Shown here: one piece after another, positions 1 through 8,491 of the stretch
Numbering within the stretch: position 1 is the first letter of the stretch
Layout of the letters: every line of letters begins with the position of its first letter
Assembly: GCA_045586125.1 (NCBI GenBank)
Contig: JAZMZT010000218.1
Coordinates: 22,006-86,005 of the forward strand
DNA: 64,000 nucleotides
Source of the DNA: Bacteroidaceae bacterium
GTDB lineage: Bacteria; Bacteroidota; Bacteroidia; Bacteroidales; Bacteroidaceae
Reading direction: 5' to 3'
Program-made: the position numbers and the translations under genes
Notes under the pieces: generated by a model
What the model saw: the letters and a program-made list of their open reading frames with translations, nothing else
The model's database searches: none
Told to the model about the DNA's origin: nothing

Positions 1-315
1 AAACACATCTTTTAGTTCCAGCATACCCGAGTGTCCCTGCGGCCTCTCGGTCACATAAATCACCGGCTCCTGCATCGGACCCACCACCATCTTGAACCCG
101 GCCTCTTTTAGCCTCTGTACGTAAATGGTCAGCGGATCACCCGCAAACATAAGGCTCGCCTGGAAAAACCGGCGCAACTTAATCTCATCAAAATATTCGG
201 TGTTATATGAAGGGGTAGGGCAGGGTATGTAATGCTCCTTAAAAGCGTCAATTTTCTCCTGGAAAACAAACATCTCCAGTTCCGCTTTCTGCTCTTCCTC
301 TTTTTTCTTAGCCAT
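1..315 (-). CDS. hypothetical protein (N-terminal part; the rest lies beyond the window start)
   Basis: Complement-strand ATG at 315-313 is followed by 105 sense codons (MAKKKEEEQKAELEMFVFQEKIDAFKEHY...) with no stop down to position 1. It is missing from the ORF track only because it has no stop inside the window. Confidence 0.45.
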   Translation of the reverse strand, partial: MAKKKEEEQKAELEMFVFQEKIDAFKEHYIPCPTPSYNTEYFDEIKLRRFFQASLMFAGDPLTIYVQRLKEAGFKMVVGPMQEPVIYVTERPQGHSGMLELKDVF

Positions 316-391
316 CTTGAAAACTTATATCACATAGGGCGCAAATATACCTTTTTTTCAAGAAAATTAAAATTCGTATTTAATTTATTTT

Positions 392-399
392 TATATTTG
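392..399 (+). promoter_or_regulatory. Bacteroidota-type -7 promoter box (TATATTTG)
   Basis: Matches TAnnTTTG inside an AT-rich divergent intergenic region, 76 nt upstream of the ATG at 475. The same TTATATTTGC string recurs at 2530-2539. Confidence 0.4.
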
Positions 400-474
400 C
401 CCTCACAAACCCTGTTTAACTACAAAAAAATAAAACCTGATATAAGCCCGCATCTTATATCAACCCAACACATT

Positions 475-1323
475 ATGAGTAAGGATGTCTTTTGTTATTC
501 GCTGCCCGTCACCTCACCCCAAGGCCGTCTTATGGAGGCCTTCTGGCATCAGTGCATCAAGGCAGACCGCGCTGCCGAGGATTATGCCGTCCGCTACGGT
601 GCCACACAGTATGAGCAACCCGTCCAGTACTTTGCCGGCGGAGTAGATTACCTCATCTTTGATCCCGAGCGCAAACCCAATCCCAACATCTTCCGTCTGC
701 GCCACATCACCCCCGATGGCGATGAACTCTATGAACCCAACTGCATGTACTCCAATGAGCTCATCCTTCTGCCCGATGCCGATTTCCGCCCCTCCGATAC
801 CTGGGACCGTCTCTACGGTCAGAAACCCGTCACATGGTCCGATGCCTCCCGCACCAAACCCCTTACATACTTCGCCGCCATGGCCAACTACGTCCTCTCA
901 GGAAAGAAAGACATAGACCGCGCCTATCTGGACTCCAAGTTTAAGGATAGCTACTTCCTCCCGTACATATTATATTATAGCCCCGATTCCTCTACACCCG
1001 CACCCTCCAGCACTGCAAAAAAGAGTGCGGCCTCCCGTGCCCTCCGTCAGGCTATACGTGCCGAGAAGGAACGTGTCCGCCTCCCGGTCATCCGTACAGA
1101 GGCTTTGTTCTCTATCCTCGGCATCAAAGAACCTGAGACTCGTCGTCAGATCCGCAAGTTTACCCGCACTGAACCCAGCATTAATTTCTTTTTCGTTCAG
1201 GATAGGGTATATATACGCTCCTCGCATGAATGCACTGGCGCAGACCTCACCCGTGTCCAGCCCTCCACCTACGCCAACTGGCAGGCCGAGGCCGAACGTC
1301 AAGCCGCTCAGGATCAGCAGTAG
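475..1323 (+). CDS. hypothetical protein
   Basis: ORF track 232..1323. The first 81 codons run through the AT-rich promoter region and overlap the minus-strand gene, and they read as F/L-rich junk. The in-frame ATG at 475 (MSKDVFCYSLPV...) is the plausible start. Confidence 0.6.
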   Translation: MSKDVFCYSLPVTSPQGRLMEAFWHQCIKADRAAEDYAVRYGATQYEQPVQYFAGGVDYLIFDPERKPNPNIFRLRHITPDGDELYEPNCMYSNELILLPDADFRPSDTWDRLYGQKPVTWSDASRTKPLTYFAAMANYVLSGKKDIDRAYLDSKFKDSYFLPYILYYSPDSSTPAPSSTAKKSAASRALRQAIRAEKERVRLPVIRTEALFSILGIKEPETRRQIRKFTRTEPSINFFFVQDRVYIRSSHECTGADLTRVQPSTYANWQAEAERQAAQDQQ

Positions 1324-1350
1324 TTTTTTTGAATATAGAGTAAGCTAACA

Positions 1351-1545
1351 ATGGTAGGAAAAGTAATAATGGTTGTAGTAGCGTTGAATATCGCTTCCAC
1401 TTTTCATCTGATAAGAAGGGATAATGAAACCATAACCAAGCGGGATTATATTAAGCTCTTATTGGAATCCATATTCATTACCCTTATGATACTACTTGCT
1501 TATGGTATGTATCTGTTCTTTAAAAAAGGCTTGGTTTGTAACTAA
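1351..1545 (+). CDS. small membrane protein (two hydrophobic segments), moron-like
   Basis: 64-aa ORF with two hydrophobic stretches (VIMVVVALNIASTF, IFITLMILLAYGMYLFF). It sits in a locally AT-rich island and is followed by a hairpin terminator. Confidence 0.5.
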   Translation: MVGKVIMVVVALNIASTFHLIRRDNETITKRDYIKLLLESIFITLMILLAYGMYLFFKKGLVCN

Positions 1546-1580
1546 GTTATAGTTTTGAACTCTGTGAGTTCAATTAAAGA

Positions 1581-1614
1581 GAATGGCGGAGTCTGATAGG
1601 ATGCTCCGCCATTC
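1581..1614. terminator. bidirectional hairpin terminator between convergent genes
   Basis: GAATGGCGGAG (1581-1591) pairs perfectly with CTCCGCCATTC (1604-1614). This is an 11-bp stem with a 12-nt loop and A/T-rich flanks on both sides. Confidence 0.55.
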
Positions 1615-1641
1615 TTATATATAGGTACAATCAGACAGTAA

Positions 1642-2364
1642 CTATTTGCCGTCCGTGTCCTTATGCCCCATAGCCTCTGCCAGCCGTTTGTTCAGACCTG
1701 CATTGGCCTTCTCAATGATATCCAGTAGTCGCATCTCACGTGTCGCAAACTCCGTCTGGCACTCTTTGCGGATTCTGTCCTCCTGCTCCCGGTGCTGCTT
1801 TTCCAGAGCCCTTATCTCCCGGCTGTGCTCCAGTTCCATCCGTAGTTTATACTCCGTCAGGTTCACATGAGCCATATACGGCTCACGTGGCTCATGCACC
1901 TCACTGCCGCCATCGGGACCATCAACTCCGTTACGCGCCGCCTGAATGGCCTCATCCCTCTGCCTCACTTGCTCCGCCTGTCGCTCAAGCCCTTCTGCCA
2001 CCATCCGCTCCTGGCTCTTGCTACGTGGTGCCCTGTCTGTCACCTCCGCACTTACTATGCCATTGCCTACGCCGTGCTTCACCTGGTAGTCATCCGTAGG
2101 CCGTATCTGGCTGTCCGCTCCCGGCATCAATGGCTCAATCTTTGCAGGCATTCCATCCTGATCATAAAAGAAACTTGATAGTGGAATGTTGTAATAGTTG
2201 CATAGCCGTAGCATAGCAATCACATGTATAGGCAGTTTGCCATCCAGCCATTTGTTCAACCCCACATAATCCGTCGTCCCCAAGGCTTGAAGCAGATCCC
2301 GTTTGCTGAGTTTGTTCGCCTCCATGAACTCCCTCAAAAAACCGTAGTTGTACGAGTAATTCAT
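1642..2364 (-). CDS. HTH (XRE/cI-like) transcriptional regulator with coiled-coil C-terminus
   Basis: The N-terminus (FLREFMEANKLSKRDLLQALGTTDYVGLNKWLDGKLPIHVIAMLRLCNYYNIPLSSFF) has the helix-turn-helix layout of XRE-family repressors. It is the only complete minus-strand gene and is divergent from the early + strand genes. Confidence 0.7.
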   Translation of the reverse strand: MNYSYNYGFLREFMEANKLSKRDLLQALGTTDYVGLNKWLDGKLPIHVIAMLRLCNYYNIPLSSFFYDQDGMPAKIEPLMPGADSQIRPTDDYQVKHGVGNGIVSAEVTDRAPRSKSQERMVAEGLERQAEQVRQRDEAIQAARNGVDGPDGGSEVHEPREPYMAHVNLTEYKLRMELEHSREIRALEKQHREQEDRIRKECQTEFATREMRLLDIIEKANAGLNKRLAEAMGHKDTDGK

Positions 2365-2430
2365 CTTACCTTCCTTTTTTTTGAATTAGTAATAATTATA
2401 CTTTGTGCCCCATATTTCACATCTTATTAT

Positions 2431-2509
2431 AATAGATTAAGTCAGCACCCTCCGCCCTAAAATCTTATTTCAAATGTTAAATTTTAGAAGAAAACTGACC
2501 TAATCTATT
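2431..2509. promoter_or_regulatory. inverted repeat (candidate operator pair) in the divergent control region
   Basis: AATAGATTAAGTC (2431-2443) and GACCTAATCTATT (2497-2509) are reverse complements at 12 of 13 positions. They lie between the regulator gene and the first + strand early gene. Confidence 0.4.
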
Positions 2510-2530
2510 CATTTTTACAAAATGTGATTT

Positions 2531-2538
2531 TATATTTG
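2531..2538 (+). promoter_or_regulatory. Bacteroidota-type -7 promoter box (TATATTTG)
   Basis: TAnnTTTG match 34 nt upstream of the ATG at 2572. Confidence 0.45.
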
Positions 2539-2571
2539 CAATGATAACTAAAAAATCATCTGCTGACAAAT

Positions 2572-3018
2572 ATGATTATAGACAAATTAACAGAGCCTCG
2601 CACTCATTTGGAGTCAGTTGACCTTACTCCAAATCAGAAAGTCCACCTTTGGGCCGTGATGGCCCGCTACGGTGCCAAGCAGGGCTTCTCATACAAGCGT
2701 TTCTTTGATAAGGGTTTCCGCCAGTGGGAACTCCAAGGCGTAGATAATATCAAACGCACTTTCCTTTCTACGTCATATCCGCAGCAGCTTACTGATACTG
2801 AGGTCACACATATTGTCTCAGAACCCGGAGCCTTCTATGCTCTCCTGGATAAGCAACGTGGCCTTAAACGTCTTTTTCACCTCTACATCTGTTCCCTCGG
2901 CATGGGCCTTACGGCCTCTGTGGGTCGATTCCGTACTGATGATTTTCGGCCGTGGGAACGGGTAGGGGTTCTCCATATCATGCAAGAATTTGAGAATGAG
3001 GTCCGTAATGACAACTGA
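2572..3018 (+). CDS. hypothetical early protein
   Basis: ORF track, 148 aa. It is preceded by a promoter box. No motif recognised. Confidence 0.6.
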   Translation: MIIDKLTEPRTHLESVDLTPNQKVHLWAVMARYGAKQGFSYKRFFDKGFRQWELQGVDNIKRTFLSTSYPQQLTDTEVTHIVSEPGAFYALLDKQRGLKRLFHLYICSLGMGLTASVGRFRTDDFRPWERVGVLHIMQEFENEVRNDN

Positions 3019-3020
3019 TT

Positions 3021-3410
3021 ATGCAGCACCCCGTTCTCACCCGCCGCGGTCGTCCACGCAAGGACCGCCGCCCTCACTACCTCATAGCGGCTACGGTTGA
3101 TTATCGTGGTCCTGATGATGACCAGCTCACCTTTGTCTTTCGCGGACTCACCATGTCAATGCTCCGCAAGGCCTTCACCTACTTGGTGGGGCAGCAGAAC
3201 GGCATCGCCCGTCAGGTCATAATCATTGAGGAGCATGACATAATACGCCGTAACGGCAAAGGTTTCTGGCGGCTCGCAGTCTCGGTTCATGACCCCAACT
3301 ACCGATTCGCCTCGCTTGACGATATGAAACTTCTCATATCGGGAGTCCTCACCCGCCTCTATTCATGTACTGTCCGGTGGTTCCCCATAGATAAGTTTCT
3401 CAACATATAA
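3021..3410 (+). CDS. hypothetical protein with AT-hook-like basic N-terminus
   Basis: ORF track, 129 aa. The N-terminus RRGRPRKDRR resembles an AT-hook (GRP core). It starts 3 nt after the previous stop. Confidence 0.55.
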   Translation: MQHPVLTRRGRPRKDRRPHYLIAATVDYRGPDDDQLTFVFRGLTMSMLRKAFTYLVGQQNGIARQVIIIEEHDIIRRNGKGFWRLAVSVHDPNYRFASLDDMKLLISGVLTRLYSCTVRWFPIDKFLNI

Positions 3411-3493
3411 CCCCGTTGGCCCTGGGAAAGCCCGCTGGCCGTAGGATGCACCAACACTGGTACATGGCCGCAGGGAGGGGGTAGGTGAAATTA

Positions 3494-3502
3494 CCCCCCC
3501 CC
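3494..3502 (+). repeat. C9 homopolymer tract T1 (GAAATTA-C9-A), intergenic
   Basis: Counted directly: ggtgAAATTACCCCCCCCCAcaat, 46 nt upstream of the exonuclease ORF. Confidence 0.9.
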
Positions 3503-3548
3503 ACAATAAAAAAACTAAAACTGAATAAAAAGTGACTGTAAACAATTA

Positions 3549-4208
3549 ATGCTGACTATGAAACATCTTGATATAACCTTTGACCTTGAGACCCTCTCTC
3601 TTGAGTCTAACGCTGCTGTCCTCCAGCTTGGAGCCGTTGCATGGAATCGTCGTGCCGACAGCCCTGAGACATTGCTTGTAACAGAGTCAACCCCCACCTT
3701 TCAGACCAGTGTCGATCTCCGCACCTGCGTAGGCAGCGGCTTTGACTTTGACCCCGAAACCGTCGATTGGTGGAACCACCGCAAGCCCGATGCCATTGCC
3801 GCCCTCGCCGTTGGTGACTGTTATCCCATAGAGGACTGCTTCCGTTTCTTCCTGGATTGGATCCAGGACACCATGGCCGCCCATCAGTGTGATACCGTCA
3901 CCCTCTGGGCGCAGGGTTGTGAACTTGACTTTCCCATTCTGCACCACATGGAGCGCAAGTTCAAATTCAAGACCCCGTTGCATTACCGCATGTGCCGTGA
4001 TGCCCGTACCTATGTCACCGAGACTCTCTACCAGCATTTCTCCAACATGGAAGTCGCAATGGAGAGTCCCGATGCAACCGAGGCCTTCAAGCGAATACCA
4101 AAACTTCCAGAGTGTCTTGAACTCACCCCCAACGTAGCTCATCACTCCCTGTCTGATGCCCTCTCTACCACCTGGGCAATCTGGTGGACCATGCACCGCC
4201 CCAAGTAA
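3549..4208 (+). CDS. DnaQ-like DEDDh 3'-5' exonuclease
   Basis: Exo I motif DITFDLETLS, a central acidic motif (CELDFPILHH), and Exo III H-x4-D (HHSLSDAL). An alternative start at ATG 3558 lies within the recurring GCTGACTATG context. Confidence 0.75.
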   Translation: MLTMKHLDITFDLETLSLESNAAVLQLGAVAWNRRADSPETLLVTESTPTFQTSVDLRTCVGSGFDFDPETVDWWNHRKPDAIAALAVGDCYPIEDCFRFFLDWIQDTMAAHQCDTVTLWAQGCELDFPILHHMERKFKFKTPLHYRMCRDARTYVTETLYQHFSNMEVAMESPDATEAFKRIPKLPECLELTPNVAHHSLSDALSTTWAIWWTMHRPK

Positions 4209-4249
4209 ACTTCAATCCAGTAGTCGCTCTTATATAAGAGCGCATCAAC

Positions 4250-7200
4250 ATGATATATGATCCGCTCATAGACGAACTCGCGGCCCTCCCGCTCCAACTG
4301 CTCGTTGTCCCCGCACCTGAGCAGTCGGACCCGGACCAGACCGCCTGTCTGTGCCCCTTCTGCAAGGCACCCGGCAGTACTCCGCATTTCATTATATATA
4401 ACAAACGCCGTGGAGGCCTCTACTCCCGTCCCGTTGAAATGTGGCAGTGCACCAAGACCCGTCGTAGCGGATACGGAGCCATAGAACTCTATGCCGCCAT
4501 CCGCGGCTACGGCTACTGGCACCGCGCCACGCCAACCTCACCGTCCACCTTCATCTGTGTCGGTGAGGATTTGCGCCGCGCCTGCCTTGAACTCGCCCGC
4601 AAGGCCGGCCATTCTGATGAGGAGATACAGCAACGCTGGCCCTCCCTCCTGCAGCGTGAATACCGCACTGTGGCCGACCGTCCTCAGGAACGTCTAACCT
4701 TCCAGCCCAAGACAGAGTTCACCCCGCAGGACCTCGCCGCCCTGGGATGTACCACTTGGCTTGACCGTGATAACGTCATCAACTACGGCTTTGACACCCC
4801 TAACTCCAGCAGCCCTTGGCATTTCAATCCCGGCCAGATACTGTCTGATTTTAATGTCGAGGCCGTCCTGCAGGTAACGCTACCCAGTGTCACCCGCAGC
4901 GGAGAGCAAGTATCCGATGTTATCATCTCAACCCCCTGGAACCCCATCTTTGTCTGCCTCCCTGACATAGATAAAGAGGACAGCGGTTGCGTATTCTTCC
5001 CCGCCTCAGACCGTCCCCCGTTCGTGTTCAGCCAGACCGATGAGCATACCGTCGCCAAGGTCTCCCGCTGGTTAGCCGGTGATCGCAGCTTCACTCAGGC
5101 AGTAGAGAACCGCACCTCCGATAACACAGGAGTATTCAAGTCACTCAAGGAATCAGAGCCCGACGAACTCGAATACCTCCAAGACCTTGATGAAGTCGCC
5201 GTCAATGCCGGCGCAGACCCCCGCAAGGAAAAAGACTACACCGCCTCCGCCGTCATCTACTGTGCCACCCCGCAGGATGCTATCAGTACCTTCTACCACC
5301 TCAAAGCCCTGCGCTACACCTATCCCAAGCAGTTCGGTACTCGTTTCTACCACGTCTGCTACTCGTATGGAGCCGTCCCGTTCAGTTCCGTCCATTACAA
5401 TAAGATGCACCGCTTTGCAGACTCGCTCTACACCTTCCTTCCCAGCACCGTCCAGAGCCTCCTCATAGCCCGTGACATCTCATGCCGTTACCGTGACATG
5501 CAGCGTGCCGAACTCCCTTACACCATACAGGATTCCGCGCACCTCAGCATGGCCCGTCTCTACTGCCACCCCGTCCAGACCATCAGGGATTTCTTCCTCA
5601 GCTACCACATGCTGCCCCGTGAATCCAGCCAGTATGACGATGACCTCAACCGTCTCTTCTCATCCTGCATCACCTCCGCCCTCTGCTCCAACCCTTTTGT
5701 CCGCAGTGAGAAAACGCAACGTGGCAGCAAGACAAAAGAGATATACTACACCATCAACCCCGCAACCCTCTGGGAGTTCATGGCCAGTGCCGGCTATGCC
5801 CGCGATGTCCGTCCCGATGCCCCTGATAAGATAGGCCGGTTCGTCCATGTCGATGGCCCCTTTGCCGATGAACTCACCCCCGCCTCAATGGTACAGGCCA
5901 CCATAGACTCCCTCAAAGACTATGCCCGCCAACTCAATGACGAACGCACCGATCGTCCCGATGAGTATGAAAAGATGGTACAGGCCGTCCTGCGTGCCAA
6001 TAAGGAAATCAATGAGAAAACCATCGCCTCACTGCCCGCTGTCAAACTCAACTACACCGCCGGTTACGGCCGTAACATAGAACATTTCTTCTATGAGAAC
6101 GGTGCTCTCCGTATCACACCGGATAGCATCACCCTCATACCCTATGATAATATAGATTTCCACGTAGAACGCTCCGAGCTCCTGCACTGGAATATCAACC
6201 TCCTCAAAGACACCCCCTTTGATATAGAAGAGAACCCCGAGTACCGCACCCGTCTTGAGGCCTTTCAGAACAAACGCAAAGAGAAAGATGACCAAGGCCG
6301 TCCCCTTTACTCCTTGCAGCAGATATCACAGTTTGAGAATGACCTCGCCCTCTGGGCGCAGACTCACCGTTGGATAGTTGACTGGCATGGCCGCAAAGAA
6401 GAGGAACTCTGGCCACCTCTACGTGTCCTCCGTGGCTTTGCTAATGAGGAGTGGGAGCATGAGCAGGAACTCCTGCATGAGGGCAAACAGTTCTCTGCTG
6501 AGGAGCAGATGGAACTTGACTCCCGTTTTGTCAACCTCCTCTTCTGCCTGGGACGTATGCTCTGGCGTTACCGTGAAAGTAAGTCCAACTGCATTTCCTA
6601 CCTCATAGAGAACGTCGTCTCTGCCGCCAACCGCGCCGAGGGAGGCTCCGGTAAGTCCTCCTTTGTCCGCATCTTTGCCGGTTGTGCCGCCCATATCCTC
6701 AATATCAACGGCCGTGACCTCATCACCACCAAGGAGTTCAGCAGTAACCTGGCCGAGTATCAGCACCATAAACACCGTATCGTCCACTGGGAGGATGTTG
6801 ACCAGTCCCTTGACTTCGGTAAACTCTACAACCTCATAACAGGTGATTTCAGTGTACGTTACATGTGGAAAGATCGTACCACCATACCGCTCTCAGAAGG
6901 CCCGGGTCATGTAGTAACCAGTAACTATCCCCTCCATGACCTCGATGACTCCACCATGCGCCGTGTTTGCCTGGGTGGATTCTCACACCGCTTCTGTGGT
7001 CAGAACATAATGAAAAACAAGGCCGCCCGGTACATCTCAGACCTCATGCCTGATTTCAATACCACCAGCCCTGAAAAACTCTCGGCTGCCTCCCGCAACC
7101 AGATAGCCCTTATCTGTGCCCTGGCCGTACAGTTTGTCATGCGTTATGATGAAAAGGTCGATGCCCAGAAAAAGTACATGGAGCAACGTACCCTCACACA

Positions 7201-7852
7201 GTCTCTCGGCGAATCCTTCCTCCGCTTTGCCCGTGTCTTTTTCTCATCAGAGAGTGTCTTTGGAGTACCCGTTGACCTTGACAGTATGCTTGAGGAGTAT
7301 AAGACAGACTTTGCCGAGGCCTCCCGTAACAAGAATGACTCCTTCTCACCCAAGGCCTTCCGTCGCCGTCTCATGGACTACTGTGAGACTACCGGCATAG
7401 TCATGAATCCGCCCCAACTCTTCCGTCGCGCCGATGGCCGTACCCTCAAGAAAGCAGAGCTTACAGGTTATTTCGCGCACCAGGCCTGGCGCACCTCATA
7501 CTACTTCTTTGGCCCTGAGTGGGAGAAAGATCCCACTATACATCCCAAGATCATACGTGAGCTCTCCCGCACAGAGCACGCTGTCTATTTCTACCGTCAG
7601 GGTAAGGACACCATACCCGCCAATAATGACGAACTCATGACAGAGTATAACAAGTTCATCGCCGCTCCAGACCCAACACCTATTATGGATGACAGCGGTA
7701 AGCCCGTCATCCTCACAGACTCCGAGCGTGAACGTTGGCGTGACTACCTCAACTCCCGCCAGCGCAAACGCACCTGGTCCGCTGCACCTCAGCAAGCCAC
7801 CGCCACCGCTGCGCAACCTTCTGGGGATGACAAAGAGGACTACCCCTTCTAA
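4250..7852 (+). CDS. primase / superfamily-3 (D5/P4-type) replicative helicase fusion
   Basis: 1200 aa. N-terminal Cys cluster (CLCPFC...WQC) resembles a primase zinc finger. Walker A is EGGSGKSSF and Walker B-like is IVHWEDVD in the C-terminal third. The protein ends in an acidic DKEDYPF tail. Confidence 0.8.
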   Translation: MIYDPLIDELAALPLQLLVVPAPEQSDPDQTACLCPFCKAPGSTPHFIIYNKRRGGLYSRPVEMWQCTKTRRSGYGAIELYAAIRGYGYWHRATPTSPSTFICVGEDLRRACLELARKAGHSDEEIQQRWPSLLQREYRTVADRPQERLTFQPKTEFTPQDLAALGCTTWLDRDNVINYGFDTPNSSSPWHFNPGQILSDFNVEAVLQVTLPSVTRSGEQVSDVIISTPWNPIFVCLPDIDKEDSGCVFFPASDRPPFVFSQTDEHTVAKVSRWLAGDRSFTQAVENRTSDNTGVFKSLKESEPDELEYLQDLDEVAVNAGADPRKEKDYTASAVIYCATPQDAISTFYHLKALRYTYPKQFGTRFYHVCYSYGAVPFSSVHYNKMHRFADSLYTFLPSTVQSLLIARDISCRYRDMQRAELPYTIQDSAHLSMARLYCHPVQTIRDFFLSYHMLPRESSQYDDDLNRLFSSCITSALCSNPFVRSEKTQRGSKTKEIYYTINPATLWEFMASAGYARDVRPDAPDKIGRFVHVDGPFADELTPASMVQATIDSLKDYARQLNDERTDRPDEYEKMVQAVLRANKEINEKTIASLPAVKLNYTAGYGRNIEHFFYENGALRITPDSITLIPYDNIDFHVERSELLHWNINLLKDTPFDIEENPEYRTRLEAFQNKRKEKDDQGRPLYSLQQISQFENDLALWAQTHRWIVDWHGRKEEELWPPLRVLRGFANEEWEHEQELLHEGKQFSAEEQMELDSRFVNLLFCLGRMLWRYRESKSNCISYLIENVVSAANRAEGGSGKSSFVRIFAGCAAHILNINGRDLITTKEFSSNLAEYQHHKHRIVHWEDVDQSLDFGKLYNLITGDFSVRYMWKDRTTIPLSEGPGHVVTSNYPLHDLDDSTMRRVCLGGFSHRFCGQNIMKNKAARYISDLMPDFNTTSPEKLSAASRNQIALICALAVQFVMRYDEKVDAQKKYMEQRTLTQSLGESFLRFARVFFSSESVFGVPVDLDSMLEEYKTDFAEASRNKNDSFSPKAFRRRLMDYCETTGIVMNPPQLFRRADGRTLKKAELTGYFAHQAWRTSYYFFGPEWEKDPTIHPKIIRELSRTEHAVYFYRQGKDTIPANNDELMTEYNKFIAAPDPTPIMDDSGKPVILTDSERERWRDYLNSRQRKRTWSAAPQQATATAAQPSGDDKEDYPF

Positions 7853-7877
7853 CTGTAACAACTAAACATTAAAAAAT

Positions 7878-8468
7878 ATGGCAAGATATCGTAACACCCA
7901 AGACTTAGGCATCTTCATAGGTGCTCGTTTCCTTAACATCACCGTCACCGATGGTGGTCCTCAAATCCCCGGCATCTTCATACCCGTCGGCATCAATGGC
8001 ATAGACGTACAGCCAGATACTCGTGACGAGGATAAGCGTAACGCCTCCGGATTCCGCGCTTTCATCTCCACCACTCAGCGTAACTGCAACTCCAGTTACC
8101 TGAATGCTATCAAGCAGAACCTCATACGTAAGGGAGAGGATATAACCCCCTATAACGTCCCTGCCTATCAGGTCTGCTACACCCTCACCGAGGAACGCCG
8201 TAAACGTATCCGTGAATCCCTCTGCAACCGCCTCAAGAAAGAACATCCCGAGTGGAAAGACCTCAATGACGAACGTGGCAACGCCCTCAGTGCTGCCATC
8301 TCGCGCCTCATGCCCTACCAGATGGGTGACTCTTACCTCATAGAAGAGACTGGCTCCCAGCAGGCCGCCCGTCCCGCCGCAATGGAACCCCAGAACAACG
8401 GCTATACCCCTCAGGCCGCCGCCGCACCCTTCGATGCACCGTCCGATAACGGTGACTATCCCTTCTAA
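7878..8468 (+). CDS. putative ssDNA-binding-like protein (SSB-style disordered linker and acidic DYPF tip)
   Basis: 196 aa: a folded N-terminal part, then a Q/A/P/G-rich linker, ending in SDNGDYPF (compare the bacterial SSB tip DDDIPF). It lies between the helicase and the clamp. No canonical OB signature recognised. Confidence 0.45.
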   Translation: MARYRNTQDLGIFIGARFLNITVTDGGPQIPGIFIPVGINGIDVQPDTRDEDKRNASGFRAFISTTQRNCNSSYLNAIKQNLIRKGEDITPYNVPAYQVCYTLTEERRKRIRESLCNRLKKEHPEWKDLNDERGNALSAAISRLMPYQMGDSYLIEETGSQQAARPAAMEPQNNGYTPQAAAAPFDAPSDNGDYPF

Positions 8469-8491
8469 CAATCACTTAAAACCATACAATT

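Noticed and set aside
232-474. Upstream extension of ORF 232..1323
   Set aside because: It runs through the AT-rich promoter region and overlaps the divergent minus-strand gene. It translates to F/L/K-rich junk, so the start was moved to ATG 475.
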